DNA from: Callorhinchus milii
Lineage: Eukaryota
Length of the DNA: 64,000 nucleotides
Reading direction: 5' to 3'
Assembly: GCF_018977255.1 (NCBI RefSeq)
Contig: NW_024704743.1
Coordinates: 60,514,001-60,578,000 of the forward strand
In this document: positions 51,241 through 64,000 of the stretch, in pieces
Numbering within the stretch: position 1 is the stretch's first letter
Layout: each line of letters opens with the position of its first letter
Program-made: the position numbers and the translations under genes
The notes under the pieces: model-generated
What the model saw: only the letters and a program-made list of their open reading frames with translations
What the model was told of the DNA's origin: nothing
Database searches by the model: none

Positions 51241-51493
51241 ATAGAATAGAATCATAGACGTATACAGCACAGAAGGAGGCCATTCGGCCCATCATGTCTG
51301 TGCCGGCGGCTCTTTTAAAAGAGCTATCCAAATTAATCCCACTACCCCGCTCTCTCCCCATAGCCCTTGCAAACTTGTCCTCCCCATTTAAAAAGCAACT
51401 TGATGCTGAGACAGTAGGGTGGGTGGTCTGGAGGGATAAAATTGGATGGGACGAAAAGCTTTCTTCATCCAATCCAATCTTGCGATCTTGTGA
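51241..51493. mobile_element. Two different CR1 3' ends joined back to back (51241-51386 -, 51387-51493 +)
   Basis: atagaatcatag...cagcacagaaggaggccattc and tttaaaaagcaacttgatgctg...tcttgcgatcttgtga. Confidence 0.8.
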
Positions 51494-51515
51494 CCAGAAT
51501 GACCATGATATGTTT

Positions 51516-52335
51516 AACATAGGAACAAGAGTAGGCCATTCAGCCCTTTGAGCCTGTTCCACCATTCAATTAGATCATGGGTGATCTGTACCTCAACTCT
51601 AAGTACCCGCATTTGCCCCATATCCCTTGATACCCTGACCTAACAAAAATCCATCCACCTCAGTGTTGAAAATGTGAATGGATCCAGCATCCAGGATGAA
51701 ACCTTGGGGAAGTTTCCTTACTCCACACGCCTAATAATAATCCCTCAAGAAAAAAAAGCAATAAAAATTGGTCACTTCAATCCACGACTGTTTGTGGGAC
51801 ACTGCTGTGCGCAATTGGCTGCCGCGTTTCGCTCACAAATCACAAAAAAGTCAACTCATTTTACAGTATATTCTGTGAAGTGCTTTTAGACGTCTGGAAG
51901 ACTTGAAAAAGCACTATATCAAATGCAAGGATTATTATTATTCTTATATATTATTATTATCACAGCCTTTTGGGGGAGAGAGGTTCAGATTTCCACTATA
52001 CCTTTGAGTGAAAAACTGCCTCCTGATTTCACTCCTAAATGGCTAAGCTCTAATTATAAGATTATGCCCCTTGTTCTGGATTCCCCACCAGAGGAAATAG
52101 TTTATCTGTAGCTACCCTATCAAATTCCTTTATCATTTTAAGTACCTCAATCAGATCACCCCTCAACCTTCTAAACTCAAAGGAGGACCAAGTTTATGCA
52201 ACCTGTCCACATAATTTAATCCTTTAAGCCCTGATGTCATTTTGGTGAATTTGTGCTGCACCCCCTCCAGGGCCAATATATCCATCCTGAGGTGTAATGC
52301 CCAAAATTGTACACAGTACTCCAGGTGGAGTCTGA
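51516..52335 (-). mobile_element. CR1 3' fragment interrupted by a SINE
   Basis: aacataggaacaagagtaggccattcagccc tail; ccaaaattgtacacagtactccaggtgg is reverse HLEYCVQF. Confidence 0.9.
51693..51960 (+). mobile_element. tRNA-Ala SINE, 5'-truncated, nested in CR1
   Basis: Body and tail match; CR1 resumes as cacagccttttggggg. Confidence 0.9.
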
Positions 52336-52730
52336 TGCCCAACAGAAGAACATATTGCTAGCACCTCATTTCAATTGAAGTATGGCATCTCTAACAATGC
52401 AGATCTCCCCAAGCATCCTTGGAATATCAGTTTAAAACTATGAGCTCAAGCTCTAATGTTATTAAGGAATAATGTTGAAAAACATTGGAATTTAAACTCC
52501 ATTGTGGCAGACACACATTTATTATTTTCTATGGACATGCATTATTAATCATTACTACTTTATTAATGTGCATTTGTGTATTCATCCAGCATGAAAATCA
52601 CAGTGGAAGTATCTATTTAGTGCATGTGAAAGCAAATGCATTATTTCTCTTTGTCTCAAAATTATACCTCAAATGCAATATTAATACGGACGCTGTGTGC
52701 ATCAGCAGGCTGCTTTTACTACATCTACAG

Positions 52731-52800
52731 AGAACAAGGGACAGCCCAGACACTCGAAGAACTGAAAGAAATTCTAGTTTTCACTTGTCTTTTGCCTCTG
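52731..52800 (+). CDS. Candidate 70-nt exon, frame ambiguous (EQGTAQTLEELKEILVFTCLLPL or RTRDSPDTRRTERNSSFHLSFAS)
   Basis: Acceptor cttttactacatctacag, donor CTG|GTTAGT, two open frames. Confidence 0.4.
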
Positions 52801-53095
52801 GTTAGTTGTCTGTACTGTTATTTCTGTTTGATGTTGCTAGCCAATTATCTCTTGGTGATTCTTTAGTCATTGTTTGTAGTCTGTTTCTAATCGTTGTCTG
52901 TAATCTGTAATCTGTCATCTTCAGTTGGTTCTCCAGTTGGTTATCTCAAATTAGATGTCTTTTGTTGGTTGTCGCCAGTTCCTGTCTCTAGTCTGTTGGC
53001 TCTATTTGTTGTTTCTATTCAGTTGTCTCTAATCTGTTGTCTTCAGTTGTTGTCTCTAGTTGGTTGTCTCTCGTCAATTGTTTTTAGTTAAGTTT
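52801..53095. repeat. Low-complexity gttgtct-rich tract
   Basis: Recurrent gttgtct / ctgtt / tctag motifs. Confidence 0.6.
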
Positions 53096-53107
53096 TACTA
53101 TATTAAT

Positions 53108-53420
53108 GGAGTCCTGTAGCTCAGTGGTTAGAGCACTTGCCTTGCAAGTGAGAGACATGGGTTCAATTCCCGGCAGGGCGAAACCTTGGGTAAGTTTCTT
53201 TACTCCACACGCCTGATAATAATCCCTCAAGAAAAAACCCCAATAATAATTTAGTCACTCAATCCACGACTGTTTGTGGGACACTGCTGTGTGCAATTGG
53301 CTGCCACGTTTCACCCACAAGTATACAGTCAATTCACTTTACAGTATATTCTATGAAGCACCTTGAGACATCTAGAAGGTGTGATAAGCGCTATATCAAA
53401 ATGCAAGGATTATTAATAAA
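53108..53420 (+). mobile_element. tRNA-Ala SINE, short form
   Basis: ggagtcctgtagctcagtggttagagcacttgccttgcaag head (TGC anticodon position). Confidence 0.95.
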
Positions 53421-54235
53421 TAAATAGACAAGTGTCAATATGTGCTCCCACTGGATCAGTGGTGGCTAACCTGTGGCCATCACCCCTAAACATTCGCATG
53501 AGTCTAGGTGAGTCTGTGTTCGATTGGTCGTAAGTTTTCAGTTTTCCTTAATTGAATATTTCTAGATTTATAACATAAATCAACAAATATTCATTCAAGA
53601 AAATGTACTTTGTTAGCCGGGCATAGATAGATGGATGGCTGATACTAGGTACTGCTCCCAAGTTGTTTGTTGAGTAAAACCCCCTCACGTAAAGTGCACA
53701 TGTGTATTGCCATCATTTGCCAGAATACATTTAATTTTATTAAAGAATCCTATTAAGAAATATTGCAATTTTAGCCCCATCAGGATGTGCTATCAGAAAT
53801 AAGAACTTGTGAAATCAAAACTATGCGATTGGTGAGACATAACTAATAATCTGTCAGTCTTTCTTAGCAATGTAATGTAGATTTAATTGCAGACAGCCCA
53901 CATACAATATTTGATTTGCAATATGAAGCAGGTAACAATACAATGTAAGGAAGATTACTCTTTGGCCAATATGCTTGAATGATGTGCCAGTGTACTTCTT
54001 ATGTGATACACTGGCACATCAACATTGATGAGCTGAAATAAAAATATAAAAATGTGTGGGTAAGTGCATCCCATCTTTTTTGTCCATCTGGATTCGCTAT
54101 ACAGGTTAAGCCTCTGGTTCGCAGAATTGAGGATATGTCTAAAAATACATAGCCATTGCACTTCACAGTAAATCCTGTGAAGTGCTTTATCATTAAATGC
54201 AAGGGTGATACAATTAGATTTGTAATTTGCGACAG

Positions 54236-54979
54236 ATTAGATAGTGTTAGTATTCAGAGGGATTTGGGTGTCCTTGTACACCAGTCTCAAAAAGTTAGTT
54301 GGCAGGTGCAGCAAGCAACTAAGAAGGCGAACGGCATGTTAGCGTTCATTGCAAAAGGTTGGGAGTACAAGAGTAGGGAAGTCTTGCTGCAACTGTATAG
54401 GGCCTTGGTGAGACCACACCTAGAGTATTGTGTGCAGTTTTGGTCTCCTTATTTGAAAAAGGACATACTTGCCCTAGAGGGGGTGCAGTGTAGATTCACT
54501 AGGTTAGTTCCTGGGATGAGGGGACTGACCTATGAGGATAGGCTGAATAAACTGGGCTATATTCTCTAAAGTGCAGAAGAATTAGGGGAGATCCTATTGA
54601 AACATGTAAGATTCTTAAAGGGCTGGATAAAGTAGACACTGAGGGTCTGTTTCCCCTGGTAGGAGAATCTATAACCAGGGGTCACAGTCTTAAAATTAAG
54701 GGTCAGTCTTTTAGAACAGAGTTGAGGAAACATTTCTTCACTCAGAGGGTAGTGAATTTATGGAATTTATGGAATTATGGTAGATGCTCAGTCTTGGAAC
54801 ATTTTCAAGGCTGAGACTGATAGATTTTTTAAAAATAGAGGGATTAGGGGATATGGGGATAGGGCAGGAAATTAGAGTTAGGTCAGAAGATCAGCCATGA
54901 TCTTATCAAATGGCGGGGTAGGCTCGAGGAGCTGAATGGCCTACTCCTGCTCCTAATTCTTATGTTCTTATGTTCTTAT
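54236..54979 (+). mobile_element. Well-preserved CR1 3' end
   Basis: QRDLGVLVHQS...LYRALVRPHLEYCVQFWSPYLKKD; (ttcttatg)n tail. Confidence 0.96.
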
Positions 54980-55830
54980 ATTCCCTTTGAATTGCATCCA
55001 TAAGAACATTTATGAGGGACCTGGATAAATACTTGAAGAAAAAATACAACTGAGTAACATGGGAAAGAGCTAGGAAATAGGATGAGATTAGACTGTTCCA
55101 GTGGGTGGGGGAAGCACTGCTTTTGACAAGTTCGTTGATTCTGTGATTTCTTAAAGTCAGTTCAGACCCGGTTTCACCCTATTCTCTCCCCTCACCTCCT
55201 AAGGATTTTTTATTAGACATAATGATCCAATTTATCAAGCTTAAAAGGGTAAAAGACAGAGTGGTGTCACCGGGGATTTAACCTGAGAACATTTCAGATC
55301 CACATCCTATGTGCGAATGAGATTCCTAATGTGTTTTTGATGAACTTCAAATTATAAGGAGCTAAATCCCAAATTGTTTGTAAACTGCTTATCCTGGAAC
55401 CATCTGGGAAATATGTGGTAGGTGGTTTTGGGAGCATGAAGTGAACTCTATTTTGAAAACCGCTTACTAGTCAATGTATGTGATGACAAATACATCTAAG
55501 GTTTTAACGTTGAGCACTGAATTTGCTTCTTGTTCTACAAGGAATAAAATGATTCATAAAGGTGGGCGTGAGTGACTCACCAGAGTGGGATTTTTCAGCT
55601 TTAATCTATTGCCAGTTACAAGAGAAAGCATTTTGAATCAGTTCCCCAGGATGCAAAATTAAGTTAATAATACAATACAATACAAAATTACATTTGTAGA
55701 GCGCTTTTCACGTCAGAAGGATGTCCCAAGGCGCTGGAATATCTGCTACATCTTTCAAATAAGAGCTGACTGTTCCACAACTCAATTGCTGATAAAAGTA
55801 ACTTTTGAAAAGTCAACTCTTCTCTTCTAG

Positions 55831-56120
55831 AAGCCGTACATTCAGCTGTAAGTTCCCTGTACAAACTCAGTCAACGTCTTGAGATCCTGAGGTCCTCTTG
55901 TGATCCTCCATTCATCAGCAGATTCAAGACAATCCAGCAACAGAGAATAGAATGGATAACAGCTCTAGAAGAACGAGCAAAGTCTGGAATCATGAAAATT
56001 GGTGGCTGCAAAAAGAATGGCTCAAGTAAACAAAATATTCTGAATATATGGATAAACCAAAGCATTGTCTGCATCATTGGTTCCCAGAGGAAGTGCAGGA
56101 AGGAATGCAATTGGATTTAA
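55831..56120 (+). CDS. Candidate terminal exon (EAVHSAVSSLYKLSQRLEIL...ECNWI*)
   Basis: Acceptor ctcttctcttctag then ~95 open codons in phase 1; no homology recognised. Confidence 0.25.
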
Positions 56121-57284
56121 TGAGAAAGTTTGGCTTTAGATTTGGCCAGGAAGCTTTCAGGTGATCATTAAACACACATATAAATATAATTCAACACATG
56201 CATACGCGCATACACATGCACCACAGAACCCCCACCCTACACACACACAATCCAACATACACAAACACACACAAAAGATCAGCCAACACAGATAGAGATA
56301 CATAGACACCAACAGATACATAGGTGTAAAAACATGGGGAGTAATGCCAATCTACACAAGATCAGCCTGTCACACAAGCAACTCTTATAATTCCCTCCTT
56401 ATTCAACATCTATCACTATCTACCTATTCCAACCTTTCCTTACTCTATTTAACCCCCTTCTTCCAGCCCCTTTCACCTATTTTGAAAGATGGGGCAACGT
56501 TTTTAAAACAGTTTTCTATCATCTATAAATGGGCTGTAAAGGCTTATTTGATTGATGAGCTCATTCCAAACTTTTATACAAAACGCACTTGATACGATGA
56601 TTTCCCAACAATAAAGCAATACAAGTCAACTCAGGATCATGGAAAATTTTTAAATGCAGTCTTAATGTGGAAGCTGGTTTGCCACAATTCCTTAAAACTA
56701 AAGTTCTTTCTTTCCAAACTAAAGCTTAATTGAAGAATTTTCCATAATTCTGTGCGATATTCCATGTTAAAATCTTCTTACAGAGCAAGGCTACATATAT
56801 ATTCAAGCCTATATGACCCAAATCTATTCAAGGCATTTGCAATTTACAATTGCAGAGCTGCCCATTGAATATGCTCTGCAAATAATGTTGCTATTGGAGA
56901 CAGTACAATATGTGTTTTGGATTCAACATTGTTTATTTATCTCCATTATTTATTTCTAGTTATAAACCCAGCTATTTTGGACTGATTAGTGTGGTCCCAT
57001 GAATTGTGTATGAGATTTTATATTGCACCAACCTGTTCCATTCACTGAAATAATTAATACAGCATATGCTCCCCAAAGCAAACTCTCATTGCTCTAAAGA
57101 GATGCTAGTAATCATCTCCACTAAGATCTTTTTCTGCATCAGTTTGACACCATGCACAAATGAGCGTGCAAGTTAATATCTAACTCCTGTTTATTTTCTG
57201 CCAATCCGAAAAAGAGATGACTTCAGTCTGTAACCAATTGCTTTGGGAGAGAGAACTACCTGACAATCCATGACTTAATGCAGG

Positions 57285-58410
57285 TTGAGGCCCTCCTGAT
57301 TGGCTGACATCAGCGCCTCCACACCTCAGGATGCACACTCCACCTCATTGAGCCAGTCTGGAAGCTTGGCGTCTTGTTTGACCCTTAATTGTCCTTTCTA
57401 CCCCATATCCGTGCCATGAACCGCTCTGCCTTCTCCCCCTGCAACATCAGCCAACTCCGCCACTGCTTCACCCCTCAGGCCACCAAAACCCTCATCCAAA
57501 TGTTCATCACATCTAGGCTCCACCACGCCAATTCCCTGCTTGATGCCCTTCGCAACTCTTCCTTCCACAAGCTGCTGATCATCCAGAACTCTGCAGTTTG
57601 TATCCTCTCCCACACTAGGTTCCATGATCCTAACACCCCCACCCTCATCCGGCTCCAGTGGCTCCCCATCCCCCAGAGGATAGAGTTCAAAATCCTTGTC
57701 CTTGCCTTCAAGGCCCTCCATGGCCTTGCTCGTTCCTACCTCCGTGACCTGCTAATCCCATATCCCATATGGAGTCCTGTAGCTCAGTGGTTAGAGCACT
57801 CGCTTTGCAAGCGAGAGACCTGAGTTCAATTCCAGGCAGGGCGAAACCTTGGGCAAGTTTCCTTACTCCACACGCCTAATAATAATCTCTCCAAAACCAA
57901 AAACAATAATAAATTGGTTATTTTCAATCTACGACTGTTTGTGGGACATAGCTGTGCGCAATTGGCTGCCGTGTTCGCCCACCAATATACAGTCAATTCA
58001 CTTTACAGTATATTCTGTGAAGCGCCTTGGGACGTCCTCCCGACGTGAAAAGCGCTATATCAAATGCAAGGATTATTATTATTATTATTAACGTGTCCAC
58101 TCCCTCCACAAGCTATGGCCTGCTCCATGTCCCCTGCCCAGCCTGCCCCACAATCAGCGGTCGGGCCTTCAGCCTCTCTGCCCCCACCCTTTGGAACTCC
58201 ATCCCACATTCCCTTCACCTCGTTCCCTCCCTTACCTCTTTCAAGGCGCGTCTCAAGACCCGCCTCTTCAACTGTGCCTTCAGCCACCCTCCTACTCTCC
58301 ACCCTCCCTGATCCCAACCACCTCAGCCTGGATCCAATTCCCTGACCTTCCACGCCTTCATACGTCCTCCTGATGTGAAAGGCGCTATACAAATGTAATT
58401 TGTTGTTGTC
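57285..58410 (+). mobile_element. L2 3' fragment with nested SINE
   Basis: FITSRLHHANSLL...LQWLPIPQRIEFK; resumes after the SINE to FKARLKT and (ttg)n tail. Confidence 0.93.
57771..58090 (+). mobile_element. Young tRNA-Ala SINE
   Basis: Intact A/B boxes, cgctttgcaagcg anticodon arm, CTCCC-loop tail, (tta)n. Confidence 0.97.
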
Positions 58411-59593
58411 AACATCAACAGTTTACATTTATATTTATTCATATTGGGAGGCTATATCAAAGAGCTTTACACTATTGACTAAGAACTCAAGTTAGGGAAA
58501 GATGTGGGTGGGGGGTGGTTGTTGGTGGGTGAGGCAAAGAAGCTCCAGGATAGAGTTTCAGTCAGTGGGAATAGAAAGGTCACCTTCTAATAATAGTGGG
58601 GTGGAACAGGTTGGGGATGTGAAGCAGCTGCTGGTCACTGAAAGGAGAGAATGGCCTGTATACATTAGCATAGGGTGAGTTATAATAATGTTTTATTTTT
58701 TTCAATCCCATTTAAAATGTAATAGGTTCCTTCTCAGTCATCTTCTCTGAAAACCGAATAACCCTAGCTCCAGGCTAGCGATCTATCACAGCACTGGGGA
58801 GCACTGCATAACACCACCCATCTTATTAAAAGCAGGAAAATAAATAAATCTCTGAAAATCACAAAATTGTAGACTTTCACTCCCCTCTACATGTTTACTT
58901 CAAACAATGTATTAAAACAGAACAAAATATCAAAATGAGACCACAGTGTTTAACATCCATGATCCTGGCATTTGGTCTAGAACCGTATCATGCTATCATG
59001 TCTCAAAGCATTTCTCAAGATTTTGCCGTTAAGTGTAATGATTGTGGACAGTAGTGTTTCACAAACAGCCATGAAATTAATGTCAAATTTTATTTGGGGG
59101 ATTGTTTAGCAGGACACTGGGAGAAACTCCCTTTTCTTTTGACAATATAGTCCAAGTGTTTACCTTACAGGGAAGAGTCAAGGAAACAGGTTGGTGAGTG
59201 TGTATCAAAATACAATTGAGGTCCATTAACCAAGAATTAATACTAACCTCTTTGTTTAGTAAGGATTGAGCAATGTTATCTGTCACTAACGCAGCAGCTG
59301 CACTTAAATATTTATGAAGAGTAGATGCGATTCAAAATCAGTGTACGGTCAGTAAAATGTTAGCGCTGTAAACTATTTCTACCTGAACCATGATTGGGCA
59401 AAGGAGATTTAAGTAACTATGTATGGAATAGAAACAATCATTTTCCTCTAAATGACTATATGACAGCTTCTGGCAGCAGGGCAGGATGGCGATGAACCAA
59501 GATGCCAAATGCAATGGCACTATTAGTGGCTACTCACAGATGTCAAAATCTTGGAATAAAATGTGCAGTGTTTTGGGAAGTGTTCCTTAACGT

Positions 59594-59903
59594 GGAGTCC
59601 TGTAGCTCAGTGTTTAGAGCACTCGCTTTGCAAGCGAGAGACCTGAGTTCAATTCCAGACAGGGCGAAACCTTGGGCAAGTTTCCTTGGGCCTAATAATA
59701 ATCCCTCCAAAAACCAAAAACAATAATAAATTGGTCATTTTCAATCTACGACTGTTTGTGGGACATTGCTGTGCGCAATTGGCTGCCGCGTTCGCCCACA
59801 AATATACAGTCAATTCACTTTACAGTGTGTTCTGTGAAGCGCTTTGGGACGTCCTCCCGACGTGAAAAGCGCTATATCAAATGCAAGGATTATTATTATT
59901 ATA
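59594..59903 (+). mobile_element. Young tRNA-Ala SINE
   Basis: As the 57771 copy with a small further internal deletion. Confidence 0.97.
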
Positions 59904-60121
59904 ATTAATGCCGTTGTTAATTATATCTGACTAGCTTGCATCTACGTTTGCAACCAAAGGATCCAATATGGAATGTGGATTTCAGTGATACCACTCACAA
60001 ACCATTTGACATGCCATAAACACTGTGTGTACACTTTAAGCAAAACTGCCATCCATGCGCAATGAGCTTGTTTAGGTCATAGCTCATGAAAGATAGAAGA
60101 TCTTATCAAAGCTACGCTAAC

Positions 60122-60284
60122 CGAAGGGATTTACTGTGTGATCCGGCAGGGCTTCGAGTTCTTGCAAGGCTTCCATGTAGGCAGCATTCCCAGTTTTTCC
60201 TCCTTTGGATATGATGTACAGGTTTTGAGATGTGACAAACGATGGCACAGCCCCACTGGGAGTCCCCGTGGCCACCAGGTGTAA
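60122..60284 (-). CDS. Candidate coding exon (LHLVATGTPSGAVPSFVTSQNLYIISKGGKTGNAAYMEALQELEALPDHTVNPF)
   Basis: Acceptor cttttgcgttttgcactgcag, donor G|GTTAGC (or stop TAG), higher GC, CpGs retained, coding-like codon pattern. Confidence 0.5.
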
Positions 60285-60334
60285 CTGCAGTGCAAAACGC
60301 AAAAGTACCATACATGTGTGATGAGCATGTTTAG

Positions 60335-60575
60335 GTGACCCTATCACCCTCACCCTCACCCTCTCCCTCGCCCGGCTCCCCTGGCTCCCCATCCCCCTGA
60401 AGATAGAGTTCAAAATGCTCGTCCTTGCCTTGAAAGCTCTCCACAGCCTTGCTCCTTTCTAGCTCTGTGACCTGCTAACGCCATATCAACCTCTCCACTC
60501 CCTCAGCTCCAGGTCTTCCGCCCAGACCAGCCCGCCCCACCGTCGGAGGTTGGGCCTTCAGCCTCTCTGACCGGA
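60335..60575 (+). mobile_element. L2 fragment
   Basis: ctggctccccatccccctgaagatagagttcaaa (WLPIP.IEFK). Confidence 0.85.
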
Positions 60576-61542
60576 AGATCAGATAGGAAGGGAAGCGTCA
60601 GGGCATGAAGGGATTTGAAAACAAATAGAAAGCGATGGCACCCAATGACAAAAAAGATGCACGCAAACAAATGCATAGTTCATTTTGCTGATCTCTCCTT
60701 TGAAGTGAAGAAATAATACTAGGGCTAGTTTCTTTGACTTTTGGAACAAACTGCATTCCGAGCCTGTAATGCGGTGAAGTTTCCCTTTTGCATGGGAATG
60801 TGCTTGTTGTGAAGAACACATCTTTTGCAAAACTACCATGGTCAATGAGTGAAATTGCTAATGGACCATCATTTAAAAGCCTTATGTTGCAGTCTTTCTT
60901 CCAAAATCCTAGCAATTAATTGAGCACAAAGCTTACCATTAGCCACACAGACCAACCACAGGGATTAATTGAGCTTCACATGCATTCTCAATCGCTTACT
61001 TGCACCTTATGAGCACCATCATCACCTAAACATTGTACAAAATCATCTCCTGCTATGCCTGGCTTCGCAATTTCTAAACCTGTTTCTGCTCCTTGTGAGG
61101 ATTCAGAAGCAATTCAGTAGCATATCAACCTTGCTTTAGTTGGGTTTCATATGTGTTTGAAATGTTTATTAGACATTCCTTGAAATACTTCAAGTGAACG
61201 TTTTCAACTCAAACTGCACTGTAAATATCAAGGCTGTTTAGTTTTTATGGTAAGTAAGTCAACTAATAATTTACTTTTATGGCATCTCAATTTCTATACT
61301 GCAAATATAGATTACTGTTTAAAGTTGTGACCATTCTGCTGGAATCTTCATAGAACTTGTAATTTATTCATTTCAATTTTCATACCATCCCAGTTATTAG
61401 AAATAACTGTTTTGGGGTAAATGTTTGGAAATTGCTTAGCTACAATCTTGGTTACAAAGTTTAAACGTATGAATACATGTAATGCCAAAGATTTTATTCT
61501 GAATGTGTTTCTGTAACGGGGTTAGAATAGGTACCTGGTGTT

Positions 61543-62010
61543 AGCCTGGATTAGTAGGTAACATTTAAATCTCTGAATCAGAAGGTTGTGGAATCAGACC
61601 CCATGTCAGGACTTTGAACTCAAAGTCTGGGATGACATTCTAGCAATAACTTTCTTTTATATAGCACCCTTTACGTATGCAGCATCTTGGAGCACTTAAC
61701 AACATTGTGGTTTGACACTAAGATAAAAAGACTGCAACAATGTTGGGGGAATACTTGATTGTCAGAAGTGACAAAGTTTAGATATGACCTTGATTTAACG
61801 TCCCATCTGAAGGCTGACACCTCTGGCAGTGGAGTATTCCCCAACACTGTTGAGGTCTTTCCATGTTAATGTGATACTAATTGAAAAGTGAAGGGAATTT
61901 CTTCAGTTATACTAGCTGACAATCCACAGATAAAATTAATCAATCACAGACTATGATGGTTTATTACTATGTGTAAATAGACTGCTGCATTTGAGGATAA
62001 AATATGCAGC
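61543..62010 (+). mobile_element. Diverged Deu-type SINE segments with L2 tail insert
   Basis: ctctgaatcagaaggttgtgg head; tttaacgtcccatctgaaggctgacacctc segment in opposite orientation. Confidence 0.55.
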
Positions 62011-62509
62011 CACTATACTGTACAGTAAAGGTTTTTGTTTCATGGTGAAAGTGCAGCAGATATTTTTCTTCCTCAATCTCGTTAGTTTATACAGCATGTA
62101 TCTCTCTCGTGAACTTATGATGTCCTTTAATGCTATTTAGATTGTGTGGTAGTTCAGATCAATCAGGTTCACCTGTAACTCAGATGAGGTCGACATCTTA
62201 CCACAATGTTTTAAATTGACTGTACTGCTTAAAGGTTGGTATTAGTAGGGCTAATTTGTGGATTTTTTTTACTGGGATTTATGGAAATGCTGCATTCTAA
62301 TTGGGATTCTTAGAAACACGTGGGGTTAAATCCAAACAGCCTTTGACAATTAAGGGTATAAAGATCCTGTGGCTTGGAATTTCAATTTACCTTCCAGGCT
62401 GATGTGAGGCAATAATGGGAAATCCACACTGTGAATGTTGCTACACATAATATCAAACAGCTCTCTAAAGACTGGGAGAAGGTGACATTATCCTTAATCT
62501 TATGTTCAA

Positions 62510-62700
62510 CATCAACTGCATGGAGTTTGCTAGTTAGACTCCAGCAGTAAACCAATATACACTCTGGGGTCCCCAAGCCTTGGATCTTGCCAAGCTGTGC
62601 CTAAACATTTGAGGATTACGTAAGCATGGGATATCCCTCCAGGGAGAGAGTAAGCACACCATACGAAATGGAAGCTTTCACACATGAAACTCTCTTGTCA
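62510..62700 (+). repeat. Family X fragment
   Basis: gactccagcagtaaacc...actctggggtccccaagccttggatcttgcc...ccctccagggagagag. Confidence 0.8.
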
Positions 62701-63834
62701 TTTTTTGTGGCTTATGTTCAACTTTATTGTAAACAGCATAAGTTTGGTAAAAGAGAAACCCAGTTATTTAAAATTAATTGTGACCAAAAAAGAAGATACT
62801 GAGGATATTTGATAGGGTTAATCAGACAAAATAAGCAATATGGGACATTATTTATCATCCTACCCTCATGCGATAAATAAGACCAGCAGAAAAGACTCCT
62901 GATTATTTTAACTGAAGCATAATGCTGCACTAGGACCTAAACTGATGTCTATGCAGTGATTTGACTGTACATGACACTGTGCATATCTCCCACAGACTGG
63001 ATGCTACAGTAATTAGGTAGATTTATCATGCACAACGCATTATTCTATAACATAACCTCCAAGACAGGAATCATGTGAAATATTTCATTGAAGTAGAAAT
63101 TGATTCATTAGGCAGCATTAGATTCAATAGAATTACCACCAAGCAATATTTTTATTGCAGGTTATTTTGCCGGGCAGGTTTACCAGTCACTCTTTTTCTC
63201 ATTTTTCAGGATAACGAATCCAAAAAGTCAAAATCCTGTTCTTAACCAGAAAGAGTAGAGGTAGAATATTTTAAGGTTTGACTTTTAACAAATGATGTGC
63301 CGATAGCCTCACAGATGAAGACATTTAGATGTCATCTTTTTATTTTCCCCTGAGGCAAAGATTTACATTTTACAAGTTCCAGATATTCAAGATAAGCTAA
63401 AAAAAGTATATTTAAAATAAGCCTAATGAATATTATAAAATGTTGGTGCAAACAGAAGCTACACATCATGTGATTATACAAAAATAACTGATTGCCTCTG
63501 AGCTGAGTTCTTGTGGGCTGTTAGGACACCTTTGAGGTTCCTTGCAGGAGGTGTACTTTACATCCTGGGATAATGATATTCCTTGCATCTGACAAAAAGT
63601 TTATAACTTTGAAATGACTCAAAGAGCTTCACAAGCAATTGTTGTCAAATGTAGTGACTGAGTTCATTAATTCATTAGTGGCATGATTAAGTTGAGTTGT
63701 GAGATAATTAATGTAAAATGTGAGTAGGAGGTTGCTTCATCCATCACAAGATCATAAAAGATATTAAGATGAATAATATCCTTTGGCCCACTTAATCTAA
63801 TTCTAGGTTATCAACTCTATACTCTGTGGTGGCT

Positions 63835-64000
63835 TTAGCAGCCTGAGTCAGATGAGCAAACCTCTGTCACGGGCACACCGGGCTGTCAGCAGTACACCAG
63901 GACGCTGCTGCTGGCAGAACAGACAGGCTGACTCATTGGCAGAACTTGGGGAGGTAGGCCAGTCACCAAGAAGCAGGAATAATTCCCACTCAACCCCTGT
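63835..64000 (+). repeat. Family X 5' part, runs off the window edge
   Basis: ctgactcattggcagaacttgg... matches 10850-10930. Confidence 0.6.

Noticed and set aside
53457..53480. hAT/Charlie-like terminal sequence cagtggtggctaacctgtggcc
   Set aside because: No matching second terminus or 8-bp TSD found
57771..57842. tRNA-Ala gene calls at SINE heads
   Set aside because: Each continues into the SINE body and L2-type tail, and the acceptor stem is not intact; these are SINE heads
63190..63265. Strong + strand acceptor ctctttttctcatttttcag
   Set aside because: Following frames hit stops quickly and the donor is weak

Overview
Repeat-dense vertebrate genomic DNA, mostly intronic or intergenic. 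It is probably from a cartilaginous fish (inferred from the combination of L2, CR1, Deu-domain SINE and tRNA-Ala SINE families; the species cannot be confirmed from sequence alone). No prokaryotic features are present. Dominant content: two young, near-full-length L2 LINEs in opposite orientation (16.35-19.96 kb +, 40.5-43.95 kb -) sharing the same frameshifts; older L2 and CR1 fragments; one Vingi/Ingi-like RT fragment; about 17 copies of a tRNA-Ala SINE whose 3' hairpin matches the L2 3' end; older Deu-domain SINEs; and about 11 copies of an A-tailed interspersed repeat I cannot classify. Unique sequence includes a small CpG-rich promoter-like island at ~26.9-27.1 kb followed by two phase-compatible candidate coding exons, several other candidate exons of unidentified genes, a possible recursive splice site and CTCF-like motifs. 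Most ORFs in the supplied track are repeat-derived or chance. Repeat boundaries are read by eye and approximate.
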